Origin: Reclinomonas americana ATCC 50394
Lineage: Eukaryota
Direction: 5' to 3'
NCBI GenBank assembly: GCA_048213135.1
Contig: PS015252.1
Location: 1 to 38,913, forward strand
DNA: 38,913 nucleotides
In this document: piece by piece, positions 11,264-23,800 of the stretch
How the letters are laid out: every line of letters starts with the position of its first letter
Numbering within the stretch: the stretch's first letter is position 1
Notes under the pieces: model-generated
Databases searched by the model: none
Told to the model about the DNA's origin: nothing
What the model saw: the letters and a program-made list of their open reading frames with translations, nothing else
Translations under genes and position numbers: made by a program

Positions 11264-12897
11264 CTATATTGGGAACCACGGGAACCAGCCATGTATGACG
11301 GGCGTGTCGCGGGCCTCGGCAATCTCGTTGCACGTCATGAGCGCCTCGTATAACCTGTTCACGTCCTTTTGTGTCAGGCGATCACCGGCACTGGCCTCGC
11401 GGAAAGGGAGGCGTGTGGCGGTGGCAGTGCATCCGGCGTGCTCGGCGCCTGCTGTCGTTGTTGGCGACGATATCATGTACACCTGTACCGCGATCGGGAA
11501 TGAGAGAGACACACCGCCTCGTGCTGATGGTCGACCGACTCGCGAACCTTGTCGGCGTGGAGGGACAGGAACGCAGCCCATGTCTTTTCCAGCAAGTGGG
11601 CGTGACACCGTTCGGGGAACGCCGTGCGGGAGCAGCTGAAATCGCTCTCCAGCAGCAGGAAGGCACTCACAATCACCTGGAAGCGCGCAAACTCGCTGCG
11701 GCGATCGTGTCAATCCACAACTCAGTCGCCAGGGGCACGCAAAAAGCAACACGCAACGACAGCGTCTGCTTGGTCACCACCATGTGCGCGCCGCTTTCCG
11801 TGCCGTCGCTGAGCAAGCGATGCACGTCGGCAGGCCACTGCACGCTCCAGTCGGGCCCAAACACGCGGTGCATCAACGCCGTCCACTCGTCCGCCATACT
11901 CTCGGTGGCAGTCTCCGCGTCGAGAGTGTGCGTCGGCGGAGCCCACAAGAATACTGCGTCGTCGCCGTATGCATTAAAGTCGAATTGTCGCAGCCTGTTG
12001 CACGGCGGTGCCAGCAACGTGGACGGCGAGTGCTCATCGGGTACCGCAAACGCAATCCACTTTGGCAGCGGCAGACAGTGCACAGCCAGGGCGAAGGGCA
12101 GCAGCGCGGCATACTCGCCCATCGGCGACGTGCCGGTGTGCGGTCGCTTCGCCAGCGTGCGCGACATGTTGACCATGTCGCACAGCAAGGAGGATTCGTG
12201 CAGGTGCAGATGCGACTGCTTCGTGACAAAGGAGCCGAGACGGAACACCTCCCACAGCGTCGCATTGCCCTCTGTGATCGGTGGTCAGTCGGCACGCAGG
12301 GAGCGGGCGGGCGGGGCTGGAGCGACGAAACTGGTGAACGCTGAGCAGGGCAGAAACGCCAGGCGATTGGCGGCATCCTTGATCGTTGTGGTGTCGCACA
12401 GCGGCATGCGCTCCATTTCCAGCAGCCAGTCGTGTCTGCGAAGAGGAGAGAGAGAGACAACTGATCAAACATCGCTCATGCAGGTCAACGCACGTCGACG
12501 CGCCACTCAACATTACAGGATGATGTACTGCGCGATCGATCCACTCGTGCACACTGTTGGGGAAGTCGCGTTCGTTGACCACGCGTCGACACGGAAACGA
12601 AATGCGATACTCAATGGCCGCATGTTGCAGACCTGTTCATCAACGACAATGAGCGACACACAGATTGAGAAAGTACACACTGCGACTGTGCAAACAGCAC
12701 ACCAGCACGTTGTGAGCGGAACAGCGACTGCGGACTGTGCACAATCATGGCCTGCATGCACCTGCTGATGAGAGAGCGTGCGTGCAGTGAGGCAACACCA
12801 CAAGAACGCGTGAACAGACCAGTGTCCACAGCACACACGCCAGCAGTGCCAGCAGGCGCACACGTGTCACATACACAGCCGTGTCGCTGTTCACCAT
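11264..12897 (-). CDS. Type II membrane protein, possibly DUF3431-like putative glycosyltransferase; ~7 exons
   Basis: N-terminal anchor RVRLLALLACVLWTLAMIVH after splicing 12752-12819. Frame-consistent exons end ...GWFPWFPI* at 11264. GAHMVVTKQTL and HAHLLEKTWAAFL resemble the DUF3431 GAxFxVsr and hxxErxW motifs (from memory). Confidence 0.6.
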
Positions 12898-12933
12898 CGC
12901 GATTGTTGACAGTGTGGTGACTCAGCAACACCA
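12898..12933. promoter_or_regulatory. Putative bidirectional promoter region (36 nt between divergent ATGs)
   Basis: Inferred only from the head-to-head start codons at 12897 and 12934. Confidence 0.45.
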
Positions 12934-14643
12934 ATGCAACGACGAGTGAGCGTGGGCGGTCTCTCGTTGCCCACTCTCATCGCCGCCTATGCCATTGCGT
13001 GTGTGCTGACAGTGGCTGTTGTGTACGTGCGATTACGCGGCGATGAGGTGAGTTGTCTCGCGTGCGTGTTCATTCTCATGCTGACTTGCTGACACACAGT
13101 CGTTTCGTCGTTTTGCTGCGTGGACGACGTGCTGGTGGTGTCCGCGATCGATCGCGGAGACAGTTCCTCCGGCGTTGCGCGCGTGTCTGTTGCGCGTTCA
13201 CGAAGGCGATTGTTGAGTCTGAGGAGGGAGAGAGACAGAAAGAGAGGTGAGCGACTGACGCTTTCATCGCAGCGGCTCCGTTTGGTATGCGAGTGGAGAA
13301 GGAGCAGCAGGTCGATGAGTGCACCTTGTATCGAGTGCTGCGCGCCAGTGACTGGGCTGATCGGCCACTACGTCGTCGCGTGTATCCGATCGGTTTGTGC
13401 GCGCGTGTTTTGAGGCACAGCCGGCATCGCTTCCTCACTGGGAGCTACAGTGACGATCACCACTGATGTGGAGTTCATCAACGAGACGCTGCCGGGCACC
13501 GATCGGTTCAACTATGTGCCAACGCTGCAGAATTGGTTGTCGTATGCGGATCACTGGTTCGTGCATGCTGCTGCTGCTGCTGCTGCTGTGCTGGTGCATC
13601 GATCTCACGTTGTGGTTCCGCGGCAGGTCCACAGAGGTGTATGTGTGGCAGATTCCGAAAGGGTGCGCTGATACTTGCATCCTCTGATGGTGTCGATCGT
13701 CGACACTGACTTGTTGTCGTGGGATGCAGTGCACGGCGGCAGCTGCCGGCTCTCATGTTTGAAAAGTCTGTGGCCGTGCTGGCCGTGTGGGACGAGGGTG
13801 GCCACGAAGGGGCGTGGTACGCCGACTTGGACGCTTTCTTCAAGTCCACTGCGTGTCGACGATCGCTCGATTTTTTCTTTGAAGGTCACGATCGCGTAAT
13901 GATTGTCGGGCAGGTGTGTGGTGCCTCGTACCAAGCACGAGTATGCGCGCCTGCCACTGACATGGATCTCTGTGTGAAAAAAGGACCACGAGTTTATCAA
14001 CGCCGGCATTCTTGGCTTCCGCAACTCGACATTCACACGCCAGTTCCTCCACGACTGGCACGCCGAGTCACTGCGCGGCAGGTGCATCGCGCCCTGCGTT
14101 CTATCGTGTCTCTCACCCTGTGCGCTCACCTGCCAGCAGATACGAAACACACCCATACGACCAGGTGGCGTTTGGCCACTTGTTTCTGCGGCACCTGGCG
14201 CGCCAGCGAGCACTCGATTACACCACGCCGTGCGACGACTGCACGTCGCCGTGGTCCACGGTGAGTGAGAGCGGGGCAAGAAGAAGAAGACCTTGTGAGT
14301 GCTACTCACATTACGTGTATCAGTGCGACGGTTGCTTCGCGCAAACAATGACGCAGTGGCAGCTGGCGCCGCCGTATGCGCAGTACGATTTTGGCGAGTT
14401 TCGCTTTGTCAGCAAGGTTTGTCAGAGGTGGCGGAGGGACTTTCCCCGTGGGCGTGCTTCTAATGCGTGGTTGCTTGATAGTACGGTCCGGGCGCGTCGC
14501 TGCAGTCGGCGTTCATGTCCACGCGCCCAATCACCGACTGGTCGCTCATGCATCACACCGGCTCCAAAGACTACTGGCAGATGCCGGGCCTGATTCCGTT
14601 TGACATTTGCGATCGGCGACAAGACAAGTGGGCAGTGAGGTAG
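12934..14643 (+). CDS. GT34 (GMA12/MNN10)-like glycosyltransferase, type II membrane protein; ~10 exons
   Basis: TM helix LIAAYAIACVLTVAVVYV, then in order FEKSVAVL, WYADLDAFF (DxD), QDHEFINAGILGFRNSTFTRQFLHDW, YDQVAF, LMHHTG. Stop TAG at 14641-14643. Confidence 0.8.
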
Positions 14644-14795
14644 CAGAAAGCAACAACTAGGGCAGTATAATAAGAACGATAATTTTGCAGCAAACACATC
14701 TAAACGGCACGAAAGGGGGAGGGGGAGTGAAAGGGAGTGAGGCACGCCAGGAAAGAAGAGGGTACTCTGGCGCGACACCGGGCGCAGGCGGTTGC

Positions 14796-15438
14796 TCATC
14801 GACCAGTGAAGTGGTCAATGGCAGCAGAGAACGCAGCGAAACCAGCACAGCCCAGCACAGCACTTTGCACACCGCCTGCACAGGAAGAAAAGAGGTGTGA
14901 GAGACCAGTTAATCGCGTGTGTAGCAAGAAGAGGCACGCACCGCGGACGCCAAAGCCGCCGCCGACAATGCAACCCGCAGACAGACCGTTGACCATGTCG
15001 TGCTTGGCACGATACTGTGAAGAGGAGATGGTGTGAGAGAGAGGAGGAGGAGGTGGAGGAGGAGGAGGAGAAAGAGAAGGAGAAGAAGAACAAGAGGAAG
15101 AAGAAGAAGAAGAAGAAGAAGAAGAAGAAGAAGAAGACGAAGAAGAACAAGAATGAGGAGAAGAAGAAAGACTGGGGGAGGGGCAGAAGAAGAAGCATGT
15201 GAGCAACAATAACACGAAGGAGAAGCAAGAAGAAGAAGAGGGCTGACAAGAAATAGAGAGAGGAGCAAANNNNNNNNNNNNNNNNNNNNNNNNNNNNNNN
15301 NNNNGTGTGTGTGTGTGAGAGAGTGAGTGTGAGAGCAGTGCATACACACGCACACACACAAGCGCGCAGTACGCAACGAAGACGTTCAATGGCCATCCGC
15401 TTAAGCGGGTCCGGCATAATGGCCGGAGGGAAGAGCAT
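14796..15438 (-). CDS. TIM22: Mitochondrial inner-membrane translocase TIM22; middle exon(s) missing in gap 15270-15304
   Basis: 3' exons read [50 protein letters not shown], containing the TIM22 [13 protein letters not shown] signature. Putative first exon MLFPPAIMPDPLKRMAIERL at 15438-15378. Confidence 0.85.
15035..15269. repeat. Intronic GAG/GAA-rich low-complexity microsatellite
   Basis: Long (GAG)n/(AAG)n runs abutting the gap, inside a TIM22 intron. Confidence 0.9.
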
Positions 15439-15506
15439 TCTCCACGAGAGACCAAATGAAGTGAGGATGAGGACGCAGGTCGAACGTCGGGAAGAGCTCT
15501 TCCACT

Positions 15507-17106
15507 TCATTGTGCGTACCAGTGCAAGTGCTGCAGCTGCACCATGCGACAGTCTTCGTACACAAAGCAACGGAGGACCAGAGATGGCAGTGACTCCCCA
15601 TAGTCGTCGTCCTCGTCTCCTTGCGCCTTGTCGGCGATTGCCCGCAAAGCGTCGAGGGCGTTGGTCGCCGACTCGACTTCCCGCTCGGCGTACCACTGCG
15701 GAACGTGCTGCGCTACTACGCGCTCGTCGAGTACGTAGTTGCAGTTCATGGTGATGCTGCGTCCGGTGGCGTTGACGCCAATGGAAACAGTGCTTCTGTC
15801 GAAAGGCAAGAGCACGGAAGCGATTCCGGGGATTTGTATGGGCGTGGCCTCCGGGTTGCGCAGGTTGACAAACGCGACATTCTTGTCGCCTGTGCGTCAG
15901 CATTGCGTGGCGTGAGAGAGATCTGCAGTGAGAAGGAGGAAGACGGTCAAACAGACCGTCAACATACACCAGGTGAGCGCCACTGGGCGAGAACACGGCG
16001 TTGCTACGGGTCTGTATCCGCTTCCGCATGTTGCCGGTGGTGGCGTCGATCAGCATCACGTCATCGTCAGCTGTCTTGCCACCAACGGCAAGAAGGCGGT
16101 CGTCTGGAGACAGGATAAGAGGCCGCACGACATTCTGTGGCAGCGAAAACTCCTGCAGCCGCTCGCCCGTCGCCAAACTGTATACGAGCACGGCCTTTGG
16201 AGGCAGTGACGGCGCCGGCTTGCCGGGGCGAACTCGGTACTGGCGCGGCGCAGTCATCGCCATCACTCGCTGCTGATCGTGGGCGAGCTGCAAGTCCACC
16301 ACATTATCGCCCCCCGGCAGCGTGTGGACCAGGCGTCCACGATTGCGCCGATTGGCCTCGTCACCCACCACACTGGCGCGCCACACTTGCAACGTGGCAG
16401 GCTCTCCGACAGTCGCCGACGACGTCACCACCAGGCACTCGTCGCCCTCTCGACGGAACACCATGCGTCGAATAATGGTGAAACTGCGGTTGTCGGCATC
16501 GTCCTCGTTCTCCTCCTCCTCCTTCGCCTCCTCCGCCTCCTCCGCCACTGGGTCGACGACAGCGGGCTCAGGGTCCTCATCTTCCGGCGTCATCACCAGT
16601 GTCACCACTCGTGCCCGCGTATCAAACTCTTCCCACTCGGTCTCCGGTGTCACGCTGTCCAGTGTGGCCGTGGACCACACCAGAACGCGGCCGCGGTCCG
16701 TGCTGCACGCCAATAGAGAGCCACACTCGGAGAACGATAGGTTGCTGACCTCGTACTTGGTCACCGCCAGGCAACCACGGAATGACTCGCCACCAGAGGC
16801 ATCAAACAAGAACAGCAGACTTACGTATGGCTCCGCCTCGCCATCTGTGAGATCGCGCACATCTGTCGGCGGATCAATGCCATCGCGGTCGGCATAGTGC
16901 AGCTGCTGCAGTATGGGAGCACTGCGGCGCCATGCTTTGACGCGCATGACTCCCTTGCCCGCAAAGTACATGTCGGTCTTGGAGCTCGGATAGGCCGTCA
17001 CCACATGCCGTCCATCGGGGGACACCGCAATCTCCGCTGCATTCTCGTAGGGAGCACCGATGTCCTCGGGAGCTTTGAAAGGGCGCAGTAGCGGGCGCGT
17101 TGTCAT
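15507..17106 (-). CDS. WD40/TolB-like beta-propeller protein, paralog A (2 exons)
   Basis: Blade-like motifs AVSPDGRHVV, LSFSECGSLLACSTDRGRVLVW, LSPDDRLLAVGG, FSPSGAHLVY. One intron after HLVYVD. Stop at 15507. Confidence 0.75.
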
Positions 17107-17322
17107 GCGGTTCTCGAACACACGACAGCGATGTATTGTTCGGGACTTGCGATGGAGGGACACGCGACTGCCGTACGCGAGCTCGCTGCTTGCATCCCCA
17201 ACTCCATGTTCTTCATAACCATGCAGGAAAATAGAGCAGCACGCTGGCTGGTAGAAGTTTATTTAATATCGATAATTGACAGCCCGTGTACTGCCTGCGC
17301 ATGCCACGCACCGTCACTCCCC

Positions 17323-18884
17323 TCACTGACCTCGCGAGTGACGCAGCTCCAGCAGACGGCACTCCTCGAACACAAAGCAGCGGAGGACCAACGACGGCAG
17401 CGGCTCACCATCGCTCTCCGAGTCCGCTCCCTCCACGCGCAAGCCGTCGACAGCACGGGCCACCGACTCGAGCTCGCGCTCGGCAAACCACAGCGGGATG
17501 TGCGGGGCGAGTACACGCTCGTCGAGCAGCTTCACACCCGAGGCGAAACCGATGCCGCTGACGCCAATGCGGCCGCACACGGGCGACAGGTCGATGCCGA
17601 TCATGCGTTGCGCACCGGGAACGACAATGGGCTCGGCCTGCGGATCGCGCATGTTGGCAAAGGCGATGCCGTCATCTGCCCACACGTGCACGGCAAGTCA
17701 GCACAACTGAAAGACAAGACACAGACTCGTGAGATCTCACCTGCGGCGTACACCAGATGCGTGCCACTTGGCGAAAAGGCGGCGTTGCTGCGAGTTGGGA
17801 TGTGCTGGCGAACCGCGCCTGTGCTCACATCGACCAGCTGGACCTCGTCCGCGTACATACCGCCAATGGCGAGTACGGCGTCGTCCGGCGACAAGTCCAG
17901 GTGTCGACCGATGCGGTTCGACATTGACAGCTCCTGCAGCTGCTCGCCGGTGACCAAGTTGTAGATGAGAACCGCATTCGACGGCGCCTTCTCATGCTCG
18001 CTGTAACTGTCGGCCACTCGCAGCGCCAACACCCGCTGCTGGTCGTGGGCCAGCTGCAAATCCACAATGTGCGCACCATTCGGCAACGTGTGCACCAGTT
18101 GTCCTCGATTGCGCATGTGCGCCGCGTCGCCCACCACGGCGGCTCGCCACACTTGCACTGTGTAGGGATTGGAAAAGGGCCCCGACGACGACGCCACCAC
18201 CAGGCACTCGTCGCCCTCGCGGCGGAACTGCATGCAGCGGATCGAGGTGAAATAGCGACATTCATCATCGTCATCGTCCTCTTCTTCTTTCTCCTCCTCC
18301 TCTTCTTCCTCGTCGCCGTCCGGCACCGACACATTGTTGGCCTCCGGATCCTCATCCGCCGGCTTCATGACCAGCGCAGCCACGCGCGAGGCCGTGTCAA
18401 ACACCTGCCAGTCGGTCTCCACCGTCATGCTCTCCAGCATCGCCGTCGTCCACACCAGCACGCGGCCACGATCCGTGCTGCACGCCATCAACGAACCGCA
18501 CTCCGAGAACGACACGCTCGTAATGTCGCGCTTGGTCATGGCCACACAGCCGCGGAATGCATCGCCGTCCACGGCCAAGGCATCGAATAGAAAGAGCAGA
18601 CTCACGTACGGCTCCGACTCGTCCTCATTCAACTCGCGCGTGTCCATCTTCGGGTCGATGCCATCGCGATCGGCGTAGTGCAGGCGACGCACTATGCGAT
18701 GGTCGTGCTCGAGGGCGCCAACAATGCCACGGCCGCCCACCCAAATGTCGGTCTTGCAAATGGGATTGATGGTGACGAGGTGGCGACCGTTCGGCGACAC
18801 AACAGGCGAGCACGAGTCGATGTCGATGCTGTCGGCGATCAGACGCCGAGGAGGTGCGTAGGAGCGAGTGAGAGGAACAGCCAT
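17323..18884 (-). CDS. WD40/TolB-like beta-propeller protein, paralog B (2 exons)
   Basis: Colinear with paralog A (LHYADRDGIDP, EPYVSLLFLFDA, LPSLVLRCFV), with an intron at the same position and phase after HLVYAA. Stop at 17323. Confidence 0.75.
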
Positions 18885-18958
18885 GGCGCAGGAAAGAGAC
18901 TGCAAGTCACCGATGTCCCGCGCGGTCGTGTTCGTTCGTTCGCCTGTCACTTGTCACA

Positions 18959-20024
18959 ATGGAGGCCACGTCTGCGTTTCCTCCACCTCCACCCTTCTGG
19001 ATGCAGTTCCGATCACAGGGCCCGCCTGTGCAAGTGACTGACAGGCGCGTGTGTCTTTGTGAGAGAGTGTCTGAGTGGCGTGTTTGACTTGTTTGTGTGT
19101 GACGAGATAGTGATGGCGAGGGTCGTGTGAGGCGACGATATGCGGGTCTGTTGCCGCCAGTGCCGCCGAGTGCCGATGATCAGTACCGCTTGCTGGGTCG
19201 CACATACGCAGTGGTGAGTGTGCGTGAGAGAGCACATTCATCTCGATCAGAGTCTCTCATGTGTGTGCAGGCGGAGACTGTGGAGGAGGACCTGCGTGCG
19301 TCGGGCGTGGAGGTGCTGTTTGACGAGTCGCCCGAGGCCAGTCGCGTGGATGAGCTGCACAAGCTGAATCGGCGACTGGTGGCCACGTTTCTCGAGCTGT
19401 TGGATGCACTGGTGGATCCACCAGAGGTGGTGGCGGGAGGTGGCGCTGGTGCAGATGGTGCGTCGCCGAGTGAGGCCACACCCGTGACTCCAGCAGCAGC
19501 TGCAGCAGTGGAGCCGCCGCTGTGGCACACCAAGGGAACGCACATTGAGACCATTCTCCTCAACATGCACTACCTGATCAACACGTTCCGGCCGCAGCAG
19601 GCGCTGGCGCACTTGCGCAATCTCATGATTCAGCAGACGGCGCGGAAACAGGAGGCGGCACGTGCTGTGCAGCTGTTGCGTGCGTGTTGCGCCACAGCGT
19701 TGTTGCCTAATGATGTCACTCATCATTGGTGGAGCGCAGTGCACGACACGAGTGCGCGGCCGAGATCCATGCAGCGTGCATGGAGTTGCAGGCCTACTTG
19801 GACAGAACAGTGGCCGTGAAACCGCTGGTCATGGGAGAAGACGGCGACAGCACAATGGCGATTGCTGCCACGCAGGTGCGATCGGCGAGAAATCATCATT
19901 CGTCAAAGCTACGCTTTCGCATTCTCACACGCTGCTGGATCCACAGTCATCGAGCCCTGCGCTCAGCATCTCCAAGAGCGAACTAGACAATCTCCAACGA
20001 CTGGCCACCGCCGACGACACATGA
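18959..20024 (+). CDS. MED7: Mediator subunit 7; 5 exons
   Basis: MEATSAFPPPPPFW, LLPPVPP..YRLLG, ELHKLNRRLVATFLELLDAL, LLNMHYLINTFRPQQALAHLRNLMIQQ are MED7 hallmarks. Stop at 20022-20024. Confidence 0.92.
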
Positions 20025-20127
20025 ATGGAGGAGAGGAGCTGCAAAAAATAAAAGAAGCACCCACTCTCTTGTTGTTCTTCACTGGGCGTGCGTGACTGCG
20101 TGCGTCTGCACCCATCCCAACAACGAC

Positions 20128-20802
20128 CTACTGGCCCTCGTAGAAGCTCTTGAGGAAGGGCGACATGGTCTGCTGCTCCCCGTGGAGATGCTGTGGAATG
20201 CGTGGCCCTTGTTCTGTCGACTCAAAGTACGCTCGCACGTGCGCTGTGTGTGCATCAAGTGGGGGAGTGAGCGACAACGACGCGCGCATATCACTGCGCA
20301 ACACAACGACGCAACTGGCCGACTTCCACTGCATCAACAACTCATCAATATCCTGCTTGCCCTTGAACACCAGCAAGTCGACGACATCAGGATCCTGATC
20401 GACCAAACAGTCAGAGAAGATGCATGTGGCACATTGTGAGGAGAGTGGTTGCTGACCTTGACATCGGCGTGCTTTGCAAAGTGCGACTTGATCACCGACT
20501 TGACGCGCTCGTCGGGGTAGTCGAGTGAGTAGTACGACTTGATCAGAGGAACCGCGCGAATGTAGTCGCGGTACAGTGAGCGCGCGTGTCGCGATGCAGC
20601 GGCCAGTGAGCCTGAGGTGTGCGTGGCAAGAGGTGCAGACTGCGTTGTGTGGGTGAGTGAGTGAGTGAGTGAGTGAGAAGAAAGGAAACGACAGTCATGG
20701 CCATCTCCGCCCCACTGCTGACGTGGAGCTGCCCGCTCACTCGCACACCGATAGACAAGCACGCACACACTACGCACACAGTCGTGCGTCGACACTTACC
20801 AT
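20128..20802 (-). CDS. NDUFA6: Complex I LYR-family subunit B14; 4 exons, the first coding only ATG
   Basis: ARSLYRDYIRAVP, F..HADVKDPDVVDLLVFKGKQDIDE..QWKSATHVRAYF and FLKSFYEG match NDUFA6. ATG|GTAAGT at 20802-20794. Confidence 0.92.
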
Positions 20803-20859
20803 TGCGCGTCGGTCGGTGTGATCGACTTGTGTGGGACACTCTTGTTGCGGGACTTTTTT

Positions 20860-23800
20860 TCATTGTAACGCGTATGCGCGATGGTGTGACCACGGTGAGG
20901 CCGACGGGTGTGCATGCGAGGCGGCGAGAGCGGGTAGACGGAATCGGCTGGAGCGAGAGGCGGGGCGGTCGATTCGTACGTCTTGCAACTGACCGCGAAG
21001 TGGGGGAGTGTACGGTTGTGTCGCTCCCACGTGCATCATCAGCGATATCTGAGAGGAATGGAAGTGGTGAGACGAGTGAGCATTCCTGCTGTGGACGCTG
21101 CGCTGCATGAGTACTACGCACTGGTGTGCCGGATGATTGTCGGAACAACATTGGCGATGGTGATTGTTGTGCCTGCGTGTGCCACGCGTCGCCGGGCATT
21201 GGCGACGAGCTGTTGCCGGATAGGTACTGCAACTCGTACTGTCGTTGGAGGGCGAGCTGTCGAGAGTGCTGAACCAGCTGCGGGCGCGGGGCCTGTGCGA
21301 CAATGGCAGGCGCTGGCGACGCTTGTCGCAACTCGAGCAACCGCTGGAAGGGCGATGTCGGCGGTGGTGAAGACGCAGCCTGTTGCAGAGGCGACCCTCG
21401 GCGATCGGAATTCGCTCGTGATGGATGGAGTGCCTGTGGCACAAGCGGCGGCAGGGAGGTGTGAGCCGTCGTCATCGGGGCGGGCCACGCAGTTGGCGCC
21501 GAGTGCTCTGCGAGAGAGGCACGATGAGCATTCCTCCACATCACAAGCATGGCCTCTGCGACTCACGAGGGACGGAGGGATGCGACGGATATTGCGTGTC
21601 ATCCAGATTCTGCTCCCGCATTCTCTGGCGTACAAGCCGGTTCACCAGTGCGCGCTGCGGGGGCGCCAGCGCCGTGAACTTGTCGGTCTTTTGCGCTTGG
21701 CGCGGCTTCGGCGACACTCCATGTATGCGCGGCCATTGCATGTCAATGACTGTGATGGGCGAGCTCTTGCCACGGTGCCGAGGACTGGACTCCACATCGT
21801 CGAGGCTGGCGAGATCGGGATCGGTGACGCTCGTGGATGCAGCCACGCTGCTGTCGAAATCCGCGACAGCAAAGTGCGCCTGCTTCAACGGCGCCACTTG
21901 CACACCGACCTTGCCCTTGTTGCGTTGTTGTCTGCGCCGTCGCCACACAAACCACCATGCCAGCAGCAGTGCCGCGAGCAGCGCCGCTCCTCCGCCTCCC
22001 CCTGCCGTCAGTGCAATCAGTGCGACGTGACTCAATCCACCACCGCTGCCACTGTCGACCGCGGCGCCGGTGGAGGAGGTGGCTGTGGGAAGCGAACAGG
22101 CGATGAGCGTGCTGAATACGAGCAGCGTGAAGAGTGAACAACTTACCACCGGCGGTGCTTGTCGTAGAGGCAGCTTGTTGTACAGTGAGTGTTGTTGCGC
22201 GGGTCACGGTCTGCGCGGTGTTGACACTGGAGTTTGCCTCGCCTGGCGGACCATGGTCGAAGAAGACGCACACTGAAAACTGCCCGGCTTGGCTGAACGC
22301 CACACGCCCAGTCAGCAGAAGCTCGCCAGTTATGCTGTTCACTCTGACTGTGAGTTGTTTGTGGAGTGAGGGAGAGTGTGCGCTTGTGGCTCATGCGCAA
22401 CGGATCAGTTACGGACGACAGTGGCCGATCAAACGAGTTGACGCCCGCTGCCATGGTGCTGGTGGCTTGTGCACTGCTTGAGTAGGTGGGACAGTCGACA
22501 CCCGCAGGCACCACCGTGAACCAATCCGTCGCCAGCAGGCCCGTGCCTTGCAATGTCAGCGCAAGCGGTGTTCCCACTGAGGCCACCGTAGGTGTCACTG
22601 TGAACAACACCGGCCCTGTGGAAAAGAAGAGTCAACGCCAGCTGCAGTGACTGCAAGCATCGTGTTTGTACAACGCAACTGCTGACACGCAATAATGGTG
22701 ATGACAGTCCCACGGCTGCGAGAGATAGCGCCGCGTCATAGCCCGCCGGTTGCAGACAGATCAGCCAGTCCGTGTCAGTCCACGAGGTCTCCACCAGCAC
22801 GGTGCGTTCGATGCTCGATACAAAGGTGCTTCGGGTCAGCACAGCGTCACTGAGTCTCTGGCCGTTACACAGCAGCACGTCTGCAGCTGCTCGGCTGTGG
22901 CGGGGTCGGCATTGTGTGAGCCCAATGCACAGAGCAATTGTAGTAAGCATGCACATATATGCCATGCATCACGCGCACCTCGTTGGCCCTGCTGCAGCTG
23001 CAGTTGTGTGTCGAGTACCACGGCCTGCTTGTGATGTGACGGTTCCATTTGCAAAGACAAACACGTGATCGTCGGGGTGGAACGATTGGCCGTTGAGGGT
23101 GACCACAGACGGAACTGCGGGCCGCAGCTGACGAGGCGAGAATGTTGTGAATGTAGGCCCTGTGGAGGGTGCATGAGAGTCGAGGAGGAGGGCACTTCGA
23201 AAAATGAGTGAAACGAAACCAACAACGGCGATTGGTCCCAGCTCTTGGAACGCATGGCGCGGTGACATGCTGGCGAGAGAGTGTGTGAGGGGTGCGGAGA
23301 CAAACGAACATGGCGGTGACTTCAACAACTCACCGAATACACAGTGCCAGTCGTTCGTGCAGTGGAGGAATGTTGTTGCCAGTACGCAGTGGAGTCACTG
23401 TCACCGTCACTTGTGCGGCACCTTGCACCATCACTTGCCCGAGTGTCACGTCGTCCACATCAGTCAACAGCGGACCACCACCAGTCGCCACGGCGCACGC
23501 ATTGACGGAGGCAGCGGCGGTTGTCTTCTGTCGCAAGACCACTTCTACTCCACTCGGTGGCAGCAAATTGCCGGTGATGGTGAGTATGGATGGCACCAGA
23601 TTGGTGACAGTCGTTGGCTGCACTGTAGATGCGGTAGGAGCTGTGTGGCGCCAGCGTGTGAGAATTGGTGTCATGCAAAAGGGGAGCCAACCACACGTAT
23701 GATTCACCAACTACGCTGACTAAGTCAAGCCGAGAGACAGGTCGGAACGAGCCAGTCGTAGAATACCTGCACCGGAATAAAGGCATGTCAATCGATGGCA

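Noticed and set aside
14815-17163. 782-aa ORF apparently fusing the propeller gene to poly-F/S sequence
   Set aside because: Read-through across an intron, an intergenic spacer, a gap and a microsatellite; it is really two genes.
16819-18605. Perfect donors GTAAGT (16824) and GTGAGT (18605) at the same position in both propeller paralogs, suggesting an in-frame intron
   Set aside because: The following codons differ mainly at synonymous positions while VSLLFLFDA..FRGC is conserved, so the segment is coding.
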